Assembly (NCBI GenBank): GCA_003252515.1
Contig: QKDR01000019.1
Location: 11,110-75,109, forward strand
Origin: Candidatus Delongbacteria bacterium
GTDB lineage: Bacteria; UBA4055
Length of the DNA stretch: 64,000 nucleotides
Direction: 5' to 3'
The notes under the pieces were generated by a model. It saw only the letters and a program-made list of their open reading frames with translations. It made no database searches and was not told the origin of the DNA. Both the position numbers and the translations under genes were made by a program. The number at the start of each line of letters is the position of its first letter. The stretch's first letter is position 1. Positions 1-8,536 of this stretch are shown here, piece by piece.

Positions 1-28
1 CGCAAGAACGACCGAACAGAAGAACAGA

Positions 29-3000
29 ATGCAGGCGGCGGTGCTCTACAATCTTTCAATGACGGAATATGAAACCGGAAATGCGGAGATCGCGCAAGAA
101 GTGTTCCTTAAAGGGAAGGCGGCTGCAGAACTGACACAGGACAAACTGCTCAAATGGCGTTATCTCCTCAGGTCTGGCGATATAGAACAAGATGGAAAAG
201 CTAAGCTTGAATACTGGCTGGAAGCCGAAAAGCTGCTGTCGGAATACCTTCCCTCAACGGCGGACTACGAGCTTATTACAGGCTGGCGTGACGACATCAG
301 GCCCCTCTACGACCGGATCATATCCTCGTATGCTGACTCCGGAGAGCCGGAAAAGGCTATGAATTACGCGGAAAGATATAAAAGCAGGACAATTCTCAAC
401 TATTATTCCAGCCGTTACCTCGATTACAGGGAGCAGCTCCACAAGATACATATTAAAAAGATCAGATACAACAACGATGAGATCGTAAGGTACAGGCACA
501 GAGCAGAAGTGATGCGGAATAAGAATCCGGAAAAATACGCCAAAACGATCGCGGAATATGAAAAGCAGGCTGATTTTTACGAAAATGAACTGACGGAGAT
601 ATATGACCAGATAAAAAGATCAAGTGATGAGAGGCTGCTCCAGTTCGTAAGTATAGATGATATAGACACTGAAGCTTTATCGGATATTTTGGGCGAATAT
701 AAGGCTGTTTTGTCGATATATTCCCTGACTGACAGGGATTTGTATTTTTACAGGGACTATAAGGGTGTCAGGTTTTTTTCTACAGAACCAGGTGAAGTAA
801 TGCCATTCAATCAGATATCCGAAGAACTTGAAGATATCGAGCATTTATTCGTAATTCAGGACGGTGTTAACGACATCAACTATTCAGGAGCGCCTGAACA
901 TCTCGTTGTAACTCTGCTGCCTACAATACAGAGCATGAAGACCGTCACCGAGAATGCTAACATTAACTATTCTGAACTGAAAAAAGCATCGGAATATACG
1001 GTTGCCGGGAACGAAATATCAGCCGCTTTCGAGAATGGTGGTATAATTTATTTCGATATTCCTGCTGTAACAGACGGCGTGAACGTTCTGGAAACCTCTT
1101 TCTTATTCGGGGGAAACAGGATCAGGGTCAGCGACTTCCTCAAGTACAAGATCCCGGCTTACGCTGTGCTTATATCAGACGCAGTGATATCTTCCGACCC
1201 TGCCGGAGCGGTCATTACGGCCAACAGTCTGATCTTTGCCGGAGCGCAGACGGTTATAATGCCGGCACAGGAACAGGACGACAGCTGCATGAAGGTGCTG
1301 GCTGAGAAACTGAAGGAGGAAGCTCCGGAAAAGGACATCACTTCCGTGATCAGGGAGAACGGGATTAAGTGTACTATATACGGACTGTCCGGGATGGACA
1401 GGGATGCTCAGCGTGAGTTCGCTACGGTCAATCTCAGATCGTCTCTGGTAAACGGGGTCAGGTACTTCAACAGCAGGGTCTATGAGAAGGCGGCAGTTCA
1501 TTTTATTCAGGCTCTGGCCATGGCAAGGAATACGGGGGATAAACAGGAGCTGAATATTCTCAAAACGCTGATAAGCTCTCTGTCTAAAATGAAAGATTAC
1601 AGAAGAGCGGTCAGTTACGGACTCGAACTGATAGCGTATGCGGAGAAAAATTCTCTGGAGAATGAACTCCTGCAGGCATACGATTCGGTCTCGAAAGATC
1701 ATTTCAGGAATAAAGAATACGATAAAAGCATCGAATATCAGAATAAGATACTTAATTTTCCGGGTGTATCTGAAAAGGAGATTCTGTCGGTTTACGACAT
1801 GCTTTCAGTGATATATTCCTACAGCGGCGATTACTTAAAGAGTATAGCATTTAAAAAGAAATATCTTGAAAGGTCAGGAATGACTGAACCGGATGATATA
1901 AACCTTTTCAGTACTGAAGCGGGAGGAAAGGAAGCCGAGCTGCTTTTCAACTCACTCAGAAATATTATGGTCAGCTATTACAGAGCTGGAGAGACTGATT
2001 CGGCGCTTTATGTTTATGACAGCATAAATAACAATCTGGATATTTTCGAAGACGTTAGCGGCGAAGCTTTCGGCGGTCTGCTTGAGTCTGCCGGGCTGTG
2101 CTATATGAAAAAATCATTATACAAAAAAGCGGAAGAACAATACATAGAGGCTCTGGACTATTTCAGGAATGAAGAACAGAAAGTGTCTCTTTACATCGAT
2201 CTTGCCGACCTTTATTACTACACTGACAAGCTGTCATCCGCGGTCAAATATCTTGAAATGGCTGAAGCAGGCAATCCGGGCGATCCTGAAAAAATGAGGA
2301 TATACAATACAAGGAGTCTGGTAGAGGTCAAGCTGAACGATCTACCCGCGGCTATATCATATTCATATAAAGCGCTGGAAAAGACCATTGAAACGGCGGA
2401 TGTTTCGGGCGAGGCTACGGCCAGGGTGAATCTCGCTAAGATCATGATCCTGGATGACGACATTTCAGGTGCTGTCAGGAACCTTCAGAAAAGTATAGAA
2501 CTTTCCAGGAAATCCGGTAATATCAGGGCGGAAGCTTCTGCGAATTTCTATAAGGGAGAGATATTTTTGAATACAGCCGATAAACCGGACAGTTCTCTTT
2601 ACTATTACGGAACATGCGCCACACTGTCAGTACTGTCAGAGGACGATTATTTCCTTTCCAGAGCCTGCTATGGTAAAGGGATATCGTACCTTGCGCTGAA
2701 CAAGGCGGATTCTTCCGAAGTTTATCTGATTAGCAGTCTCTCATTATCCGGTAGACTCGGGTTCAATGATGTTTATCTTTCTTCCGCCTATGCTCTTTCA
2801 GGTATATATGAGGATAAACAGACATATAAAGCGACAGATATGCTTGATCAACTCACTGCGAGATCGGGGGAACTTCTCGTTTCGGGAGAGAACCAGCTTC
2901 CATCGGATCAGTTGTCGGTTATAATGTCCGGTTATGAAAGAAAGATACATCTGCTGCTCGGTAACGGCAAAACTGAAGAAGCTCTGTCGGCGATCCGGGA

Positions 3001-4066
3001 AAGGGACGGATTTTACTCGATGAACGACCTTAAGCATTTTTCAGGAAATAAGTCAGAAAACGAAAAAAATAAAACTGTCGCTTCAGACGATATAAAAAAG
3101 GAACTCAATGATGGAATGGCGTTCCTGCTGATACTGCCTTACGGTAATTCTGTTTATATGGTCGTAATAACGAAAAACAATATGCTCATGAACAGATCAG
3201 CACTTCCAAAGGAAACGGAAGAAATGGTGTCGAGAATCAGATCAAAAAGCGATTTTACGGGACCTTCAAAGAAAGTATACGAAACTATGTTCAGTAAAGA
3301 TGTTCAGGACGTTCTCTCCGGCATAAATGATATTGTGATCTATTCGTACGGAAGCATGAAGAATTTCCCGTTCGACGCGCTTTACGACGGGAAAGAATAC
3401 CTGATAGATAAATATAATATTACCGAAACCGACAGGATCGGCTTTAAAGAATCTGGACAGGCCGCAGTACAGAGTATATCGTTTTCCGATCCGTTCACTG
3501 CGGAAAGCGAACTTGTCTTCGCGAAAAGGGAGGCTGTAGCGCTTTCTGAAGCGTTCAGGAATACCACGCCGGTAAGCGGGATGGAGGCGACCGAGTCGCT
3601 GCTGAGATCGCCGATGATGGAAGACTACAGCATGATCCACCTTCCTGTCCACAGTTTTATAATGAGCAGGGATTCTCTTGCGGCATCAGGCAGAACGAGC
3701 TACATACAGCTCTCAGCCGATGACTATAACGACGGCAGGCTGGAGTGGAATGAGATCGTTTCCGGCAGCTACAAAGGAAAGCAGGTCATCCTTTCAGGAT
3801 GCGACACAGGCGGCGGTTCGGGACAGGAATATTATTCCTCCTTCGATCTTACCGGCGCGTTCCTCGAATCAGGTGCAAGGTCCGTCATTTCAAGTAAATG
3901 GCGCACGGACGACCTTGCGGCATCTGTACTAATGAAGCGCTACTTCAGATATCTCGCAACGGGTCAGAATGAAGCTGAAGCGCTTTCCCAGGCTAAACGG
4001 GATGTAAGAGCATATCTGAACCCTCACCCTTATTTTTGGGCCAATTTCAAGCTGTCAATCAGATAA
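29..4066 (+). CDS. TPR-repeat protein with C-terminal CHAT (caspase-like) protease domain; the reading frame is open back to base 2, so the true start may lie upstream of the window
   Basis: 1345-aa ORF. The N-terminal two-thirds is TPR-like (repeated hydrophobic/Tyr/Ala helical periodicity, e.g. AVLYNLSMTEY..GN...A). The C-terminus carries the CHAT signature: a conserved His (HLPVHSF) and the Cys motif ILSGCDTGGGSG (compare the CHAT consensus LSAC-T-G). No stop codon occurs between base 2 and the ATG at 29. Confidence 0.7.
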   Translation: MQAAVLYNLSMTEYETGNAEIAQEVFLKGKAAAELTQDKLLKWRYLLRSGDIEQDGKAKLEYWLEAEKLLSEYLPSTADYELITGWRDDIRPLYDRIISSYADSGEPEKAMNYAERYKSRTILNYYSSRYLDYREQLHKIHIKKIRYNNDEIVRYRHRAEVMRNKNPEKYAKTIAEYEKQADFYENELTEIYDQIKRSSDERLLQFVSIDDIDTEALSDILGEYKAVLSIYSLTDRDLYFYRDYKGVRFFSTEPGEVMPFNQISEELEDIEHLFVIQDGVNDINYSGAPEHLVVTLLPTIQSMKTVTENANINYSELKKASEYTVAGNEISAAFENGGIIYFDIPAVTDGVNVLETSFLFGGNRIRVSDFLKYKIPAYAVLISDAVISSDPAGAVITANSLIFAGAQTVIMPAQEQDDSCMKVLAEKLKEEAPEKDITSVIRENGIKCTIYGLSGMDRDAQREFATVNLRSSLVNGVRYFNSRVYEKAAVHFIQALAMARNTGDKQELNILKTLISSLSKMKDYRRAVSYGLELIAYAEKNSLENELLQAYDSVSKDHFRNKEYDKSIEYQNKILNFPGVSEKEILSVYDMLSVIYSYSGDYLKSIAFKKKYLERSGMTEPDDINLFSTEAGGKEAELLFNSLRNIMVSYYRAGETDSALYVYDSINNNLDIFEDVSGEAFGGLLESAGLCYMKKSLYKKAEEQYIEALDYFRNEEQKVSLYIDLADLYYYTDKLSSAVKYLEMAEAGNPGDPEKMRIYNTRSLVEVKLNDLPAAISYSYKALEKTIETADVSGEATARVNLAKIMILDDDISGAVRNLQKSIELSRKSGNIRAEASANFYKGEIFLNTADKPDSSLYYYGTCATLSVLSEDDYFLSRACYGKGISYLALNKADSSEVYLISSLSLSGRLGFNDVYLSSAYALSGIYEDKQTYKATDMLDQLTARSGELLVSGENQLPSDQLSVIMSGYERKIHLLLGNGKTEEALSAIRERDGFYSMNDLKHFSGNKSENEKNKTVASDDIKKELNDGMAFLLILPYGNSVYMVVITKNNMLMNRSALPKETEEMVSRIRSKSDFTGPSKKVYETMFSKDVQDVLSGINDIVIYSYGSMKNFPFDALYDGKEYLIDKYNITETDRIGFKESGQAAVQSISFSDPFTAESELVFAKREAVALSEAFRNTTPVSGMEATESLLRSPMMEDYSMIHLPVHSFIMSRDSLAASGRTSYIQLSADDYNDGRLEWNEIVSGSYKGKQVILSGCDTGGGSGQEYYSSFDLTGAFLESGARSVISSKWRTDDLAASVLMKRYFRYLATGQNEAEALSQAKRDVRAYLNPHPYFWANFKLSIR

Positions 4067-4070
4067 AATA

Positions 4071-4098
4071 AAAAAGCCCGTTGTCGACGGGCTTCAGA
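4071..4098. terminator. Hairpin between convergent genes; an A-run upstream on the plus strand makes it a likely rho-independent terminator for buk (minus strand), possibly bidirectional
   Basis: AAGCCCG-TTGTCGA-CGGGCTT forms a perfect 7-bp GC-rich stem (4074-4094). It is preceded by AAAATAAAAAA on the plus strand, which reads as a T-run on the minus strand. Confidence 0.5.
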
Positions 4099-4114
4099 TC
4101 ATAAAATATAAATA

Positions 4115-5188
4115 CTACACATATTCTATCGGTTCGATTTCCTTGTTGAGTACCATCAGACCGTTCATTGAAAGCGCTTCCATTTCATCTTCGCCGGGAT
4201 AAACGATCATAGGAGCTATCCATTCGCAGATCTCTCTCATTTTTACTATGAAAGGTTTGTTGTATGCAATACCGCCGGTGATGATGATCGCGTCGACTTT
4301 TCCCTTGAGGACTGTAGCCATCGCGCCTATGAATTTGCCGATCTGGTAAGCCATCGCGCAGTGGATCAGTTCGGCGTGCTTATCTCCCGCTTCGACCCTC
4401 TTTTCAACTTCATAAGCATCGTTCGTTCCCAGATGAGCTGCAAAACCGCCTTTTCCGGTAACCATTTTTCTCATTTCGTCTATAGTGTATTTTCCGCTGA
4501 ACGCCATAGTGATCACGTCGCCGACCGGAAGAGTTCCGCTCCTTTCGGGTGAGAACGGGCCTTCGCCGTCAATTGCCTGATTCACGTCAATAACTTTTCC
4601 TTCTCTGTGAGCTCCGATGGATATACCGCCGCCGAGGTGCGCTACTATCAGGTTCAGTTTATCGTAAGGTCTGTCGATGCTTTTTGCGTATTTTCTTGCG
4701 ACGGCTTTCTGATTCAGAGCGTGAAAAATAGATACTCTCTGGAAAAGAGGATGTCCGGATATACGGGCAAGATCATGGAATTCGTCAACTACGACAGGAT
4801 CCGCGATATATGCCTGAGCATCAGGTAAAGATTTCGCGATGTCGTCCGCGATAAGTCCGCCGAGGTTACTGGCGTGTTTTTTTTCAGCATGAATAAGATC
4901 GTGTTTCATTTTCTCATTTATCTTGAAAACACCGGAAGGAACCGGCTTTAAAATACCGCCTCTTCCTACTACTATCTTTATTTTGTCAAGATCGATCTCA
5001 GCTTCTTTAAGCTCCCGCAGGATGACTTCTTTCCTGAAATCAAACTGGTCGGTTATCTCCTTAAAGCTCGCAAGGTCTTCCACCGAATGTTTGATATTCT
5101 TGAGGAACAGAAGTTTGGTGCCGGCGTAAACCGCGATCTTCGTTGATGTCGAGCCCGGGTTTATGGCCAGTATTCTTTTTTCTTCCAT
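4115..5188 (-). CDS. buk: Butyrate (short-chain acyl) kinase, ASKHA superfamily
   Basis: 357 aa. The N-terminus ILAINPGSTSTKIAVY is the typical acetate/butyrate kinase ATP-binding motif. The length and the position immediately downstream of two ptb genes fit Buk. Confidence 0.85.
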   Translation of the reverse strand: MEEKRILAINPGSTSTKIAVYAGTKLLFLKNIKHSVEDLASFKEITDQFDFRKEVILRELKEAEIDLDKIKIVVGRGGILKPVPSGVFKINEKMKHDLIHAEKKHASNLGGLIADDIAKSLPDAQAYIADPVVVDEFHDLARISGHPLFQRVSIFHALNQKAVARKYAKSIDRPYDKLNLIVAHLGGGISIGAHREGKVIDVNQAIDGEGPFSPERSGTLPVGDVITMAFSGKYTIDEMRKMVTGKGGFAAHLGTNDAYEVEKRVEAGDKHAELIHCAMAYQIGKFIGAMATVLKGKVDAIIITGGIAYNKPFIVKMREICEWIAPMIVYPGEDEMEALSMNGLMVLNKEIEPIEYV

Positions 5189-5222
5189 TATTTTCTCCTT
5201 AATTATTATAAAATTTCAGTTA

Positions 5223-6131
5223 TTATGCCATCAGGCACGACATCGCGATGCAGTAATATTTTGACTTTTCGCTTTCGCTTCTGCTCATTACGACCACCGG
5301 TTTCTCAGTTCCCTGGATCAGTCCGCCCAATTCCGCTCCGGCAAACAGCATCAGGCCTTTATAAAAAGCGTTACACGCATCAAGAGAAGGGAAGATCAGT
5401 ATATCGGCGTCCCCGTCGACGGGAGTGTGGACACCTTTGATCTCTACGCTTTCCTTGTCACATGCCAGAAATATGTCGAGCGGGCCGTCAACGATACAGT
5501 TGTCGAGCTGTTTTCTTTCAGCCATTTTACATATAGCTGAATAATCTATCGTGTTAGGAAAATTAGGACTTACTTTTTCACTTGCACCTATAAGAGCGAC
5601 CTTAGGTCTTTCTATACCGAAAGCTCTCGCCATATTCAGACAGTATTTAATTTCGGCAAGTTTCTGTTTAAGATCCGGAAAAGGAAGTACCGCGGTATCG
5701 GAGACGAAAAGGAGTTTATGGTAAGCGGGGACCTGCATGACCGCCACATAGCTCATTATGGCTCCCGGCGGAAGAAGTCCTTTGTTCTTGTCAAGAACAG
5801 CTTTAAGAAATTCATCGGTACCGACAAGCCCTTTCATCAGAACATCAGCCTCGCCGGACTTTACCATTTCAAGGGCTTTCTCGATCGCGTTGGACGGGTG
5901 ATCGCAGTGTATTATGGTGAAAATGGAAGGATCTATTCCCTCTTCTTTAGCTCTCTGTTCGATCTTAGACTTGTTTCCGATAAGTACAGCCTCGGCAAAA
6001 CCGTCTTTTACTGCTCTTGAAATCGCTCCGATCGTGTTCTGATCCTCACCGGAAGCTACAGCGATCTTCTTTTTTATCCCTGACTTAATTACATGTTCGA
6101 CCATCTGGTCAAGAGATTTGATAGGTTCCAT
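5223..6131 (-). CDS. ptb: Phosphate butyryltransferase / phosphotransacylase (paralog 2)
   Basis: 302 aa with the phosphate acetyl/butyryl transferase fold (KGLVGTDEFLKAVL, VDGPLDIFLA, GDADILIFPSLDACN). Its start overlaps the stop of the upstream paralog by 1 nt. Confidence 0.8.
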   Translation of the reverse strand: MEPIKSLDQMVEHVIKSGIKKKIAVASGEDQNTIGAISRAVKDGFAEAVLIGNKSKIEQRAKEEGIDPSIFTIIHCDHPSNAIEKALEMVKSGEADVLMKGLVGTDEFLKAVLDKNKGLLPPGAIMSYVAVMQVPAYHKLLFVSDTAVLPFPDLKQKLAEIKYCLNMARAFGIERPKVALIGASEKVSPNFPNTIDYSAICKMAERKQLDNCIVDGPLDIFLACDKESVEIKGVHTPVDGDADILIFPSLDACNAFYKGLMLFAGAELGGLIQGTEKPVVVMSRSESEKSKYYCIAMSCLMA

Positions 6132-7069
6132 TATGCGTTCATCGCTCCGAGAGCTATCGAGTACAGTTTAGTTTTGACGCTGTCGCCTCTTGATGAAAGA
6201 ACGGCCGGTACTTTTGCGCCTACAACGATCGCTCCCAGTTCTCCGCCGCAAAGCTTTGTATGGCATTTGTAGAAAGTGTTACCCGCTTCGATATTCGGGA
6301 AAACGATGCAGTCGGCATCACCGGCGACCGGGCTCTTAAGCTTCTTTATCCCGGCGCTTTCTTTGTCGATGGCGACATCGAGTGCAAGAGGTCCGTCAAC
6401 AATCGCGCCTTTGATCTGTCCGCGGTCAGCCATCTGGGTGATAATAGCTGCATCGGTACATGAAGGATATTTATAGGAAACTTGTTCCGTGAATGAATGA
6501 ATGGCCACTTTCGGAGTTTCAATGCCAAGAGATTTCGCTACTTTGATGACATAGTTCGTTATAGCGATCTTCTGTTCAAGGTCCGGAAGAATAATCAAAG
6601 CGACATCTGACACGACCAGCAGTTTATGATATGCGGGATTTTCCAGTACTGTGACATGAGTAAGTACAGCCTTAGGAGGAGTGAGTCCTTTTTCTTTATC
6701 CAGTATAGCCTTCATGTATTTATCACTGCTGACAAGGCCTTTCATGATAAAGTCCGCTTTTCCCTCGTTCACGATCTCAACCGCTTTTCTTGTCGCGGTC
6801 ATTTCATCGCTTTCATCTACTATCTGAAATTTATTGATGTCAATATTTTCTTCTTTACAGACTTTTTCGATCTCGGTTCTGGACCCTACGAGCGTTCCCT
6901 CGATAATACCCATGTCTATCGCATGACTTACAGCATCTATAGTGTGAGCGTCATTGGCGTAAGCCGCAACCATTCTTTTTTTAGGTTTCGATTTTAGTTC
7001 TTCCAGCATCTGGTCGAGTTTTGTGATAGGCATTGTTCCCTCCAATAATAAAATTATTTCAATAGACAA
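6131..7069 (-). CDS. Phosphate butyryltransferase / phosphotransacylase (paralog 1)
   Basis: 312 aa, about 45-50% identical by eye to the downstream ptb (KGLVSSDKYMKAIL, VDGPLALDVA, GDADCIVFPNIEAGN). Confidence 0.8.
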   Translation of the reverse strand: MSIEIILLLEGTMPITKLDQMLEELKSKPKKRMVAAYANDAHTIDAVSHAIDMGIIEGTLVGSRTEIEKVCKEENIDINKFQIVDESDEMTATRKAVEIVNEGKADFIMKGLVSSDKYMKAILDKEKGLTPPKAVLTHVTVLENPAYHKLLVVSDVALIILPDLEQKIAITNYVIKVAKSLGIETPKVAIHSFTEQVSYKYPSCTDAAIITQMADRGQIKGAIVDGPLALDVAIDKESAGIKKLKSPVAGDADCIVFPNIEAGNTFYKCHTKLCGGELGAIVVGAKVPAVLSSRGDSVKTKLYSIALGAMNA

Positions 7070-7143
7070 ATTAAGGATACCAAAAATAATTTTTTGATAA
7101 CATTAAGTCAAGAAATTTATTATAGAGAATATGTCGTTAAAAT

Positions 7144-7341
7144 CTATCCGTCTATATCGTCAGCTTCCGGCATTATAAAAATAAGAAGGATATAGATCAG
7201 AAATCCCGGAAAAGCCGCGCTGAAAATTGATGCCAGAACATAACCTATTCTGACTATGGTCGGATCCCATTCCAGCCAGTCAGCTATTCCGCCGCACACA
7301 CCGAACAACATTGAATTCTTTTTAGATTTTGTAAGTCTCAT
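7144..7341 (-). CDS. PspC-domain small membrane protein
   Basis: 65 aa. FGVCGGIADWLEWDPTIVRIGYVLASIF matches the PspC domain signature (GVCGGLA....D....R) followed by a transmembrane segment. Confidence 0.7.
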   Translation of the reverse strand: MRLTKSKKNSMLFGVCGGIADWLEWDPTIVRIGYVLASIFSAAFPGFLIYILLIFIMPEADDIDG

Positions 7342-7407
7342 GTTTTCCTCCGTTTTATCTGTTAGACAGCATTTCCGGGAAAAAGTTGTCTTAATACAAG
7401 AGGTATT

Positions 7408-8307
7408 CTATTTTTTTCCGTCGCCGATATTCATCAGAGGTAGCGGATTGGGACTGTCTCCGTTGAGAAAGTATATTTTCGCGTTATCGTCTTTCGAGAT
7501 CGCTTTTAATGCATCAAGAGCCTGAAGTTTGATATAATTCGGATTGTTGCCTATAGAATTGTTTACTTTTGATATTCTGTACGCTTCAGCATCTGCAAGC
7601 AGCTTGATCTTATCCGCTTCCATAGATGCCGCGGTTTTTTCAGCCTCTGCCTGAGCTATTTTCTGCTGCTGTTCAGTCTTGAACCTTTCAAGTTCTGCTT
7701 TCTGTTTCTCGACTTCCTGCTCCCTTTCTTTCTTTTTCTCAATGGCGATCGTAATGAACTTGGGTAGAGTTATATCCCTGATAAGAACTGCGCTGACTTC
7801 GACTCCTTTAGGTTCAAGATATTCTTTCAGTCCCGCAAGAAGTGAATTCTCAAGAAATGTCTGTGTTTCATCAGTGAAGAAATCCTCTGCTCTTTTTATC
7901 GATTTACCCTGCTCGCGGATGATCGATCTTAATTTTGGGATGATATGTATCCTTAATACGTCATCGAAATCACCGGTAGACTTTAGTATTTCAGGCGTGT
8001 TAGCGGCTATCAGTCTGAACTGAACGCTCACATCAACGCTTGTCTGAAGCTGGTCCTGAGTCGGGACCTGAGCCTGTTCAAGATGGGTTTTTTCCCTTAC
8101 GTCGTAGATATGCCATCTGTAAAGCGGATTTACAGGAATATGAAGACCTTCATCATAGACTTTTTCCTGCACTTCTCCGAACAGAGTTGCTACACCGACA
8201 TGTCCCGCTTCTATGCTGATGAAAAACCTTTTTCCAAAAAGTAATACGATCAGCGCGATCAAAACTATGAAAGCGACTTTGAATTGTCTGAATCCTCCTG
8301 CTGCCAT
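7408..8307 (-). CDS. SPFH/band-7 (prohibitin/HflC-like) membrane protein
   Basis: 299 aa with an N-terminal TM helix, an SPFH core (GHVGVATLFGEV...) and a C-terminal Glu/Lys-rich coiled coil. Confidence 0.8.
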   Translation of the reverse strand: MAAGGFRQFKVAFIVLIALIVLLFGKRFFISIEAGHVGVATLFGEVQEKVYDEGLHIPVNPLYRWHIYDVREKTHLEQAQVPTQDQLQTSVDVSVQFRLIAANTPEILKSTGDFDDVLRIHIIPKLRSIIREQGKSIKRAEDFFTDETQTFLENSLLAGLKEYLEPKGVEVSAVLIRDITLPKFITIAIEKKKEREQEVEKQKAELERFKTEQQQKIAQAEAEKTAASMEADKIKLLADAEAYRISKVNNSIGNNPNYIKLQALDALKAISKDDNAKIYFLNGDSPNPLPLMNIGDGKK

Positions 8308-8443
8308 AAATTCCTCCCTGTAAGGTTGTTATTAAGTAATTTAAATTAAAATCTCATAAAAGTCCATAAACATAATTCTTGAAAAAATACAGCGGTTTTA
8401 TTTTAGAAAAAACCATATAACCAAATATTTGTATATTTATATC

Positions 8444-8472
8444 TTGCAATAAATCGAAAATTTACATAAATT
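8444..8472 (+). promoter_or_regulatory. Candidate sigma70-like promoter for the hdr-frd-suc-fum-mae operon
   Basis: TTGCAA, 17 nt, TAAATT lies in the AT-rich divergent intergenic region 8308-8536. The assignment is weak and by eye only. Confidence 0.3.
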
Positions 8473-8536
8473 CATATTTTTAATACTGAAGCACATCTTT
8501 TTTAACAATGTAAATTAAAATAGAACGGGTAATCAG

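Noticed and set aside
1175-1702. 175-aa minus-strand ORF (and others at 254-499, 2218-2463, 3266-3652) inside the TPR-CHAT gene
   Set aside because: These are shadow ORFs inside a long, continuous, domain-supported plus-strand CDS.
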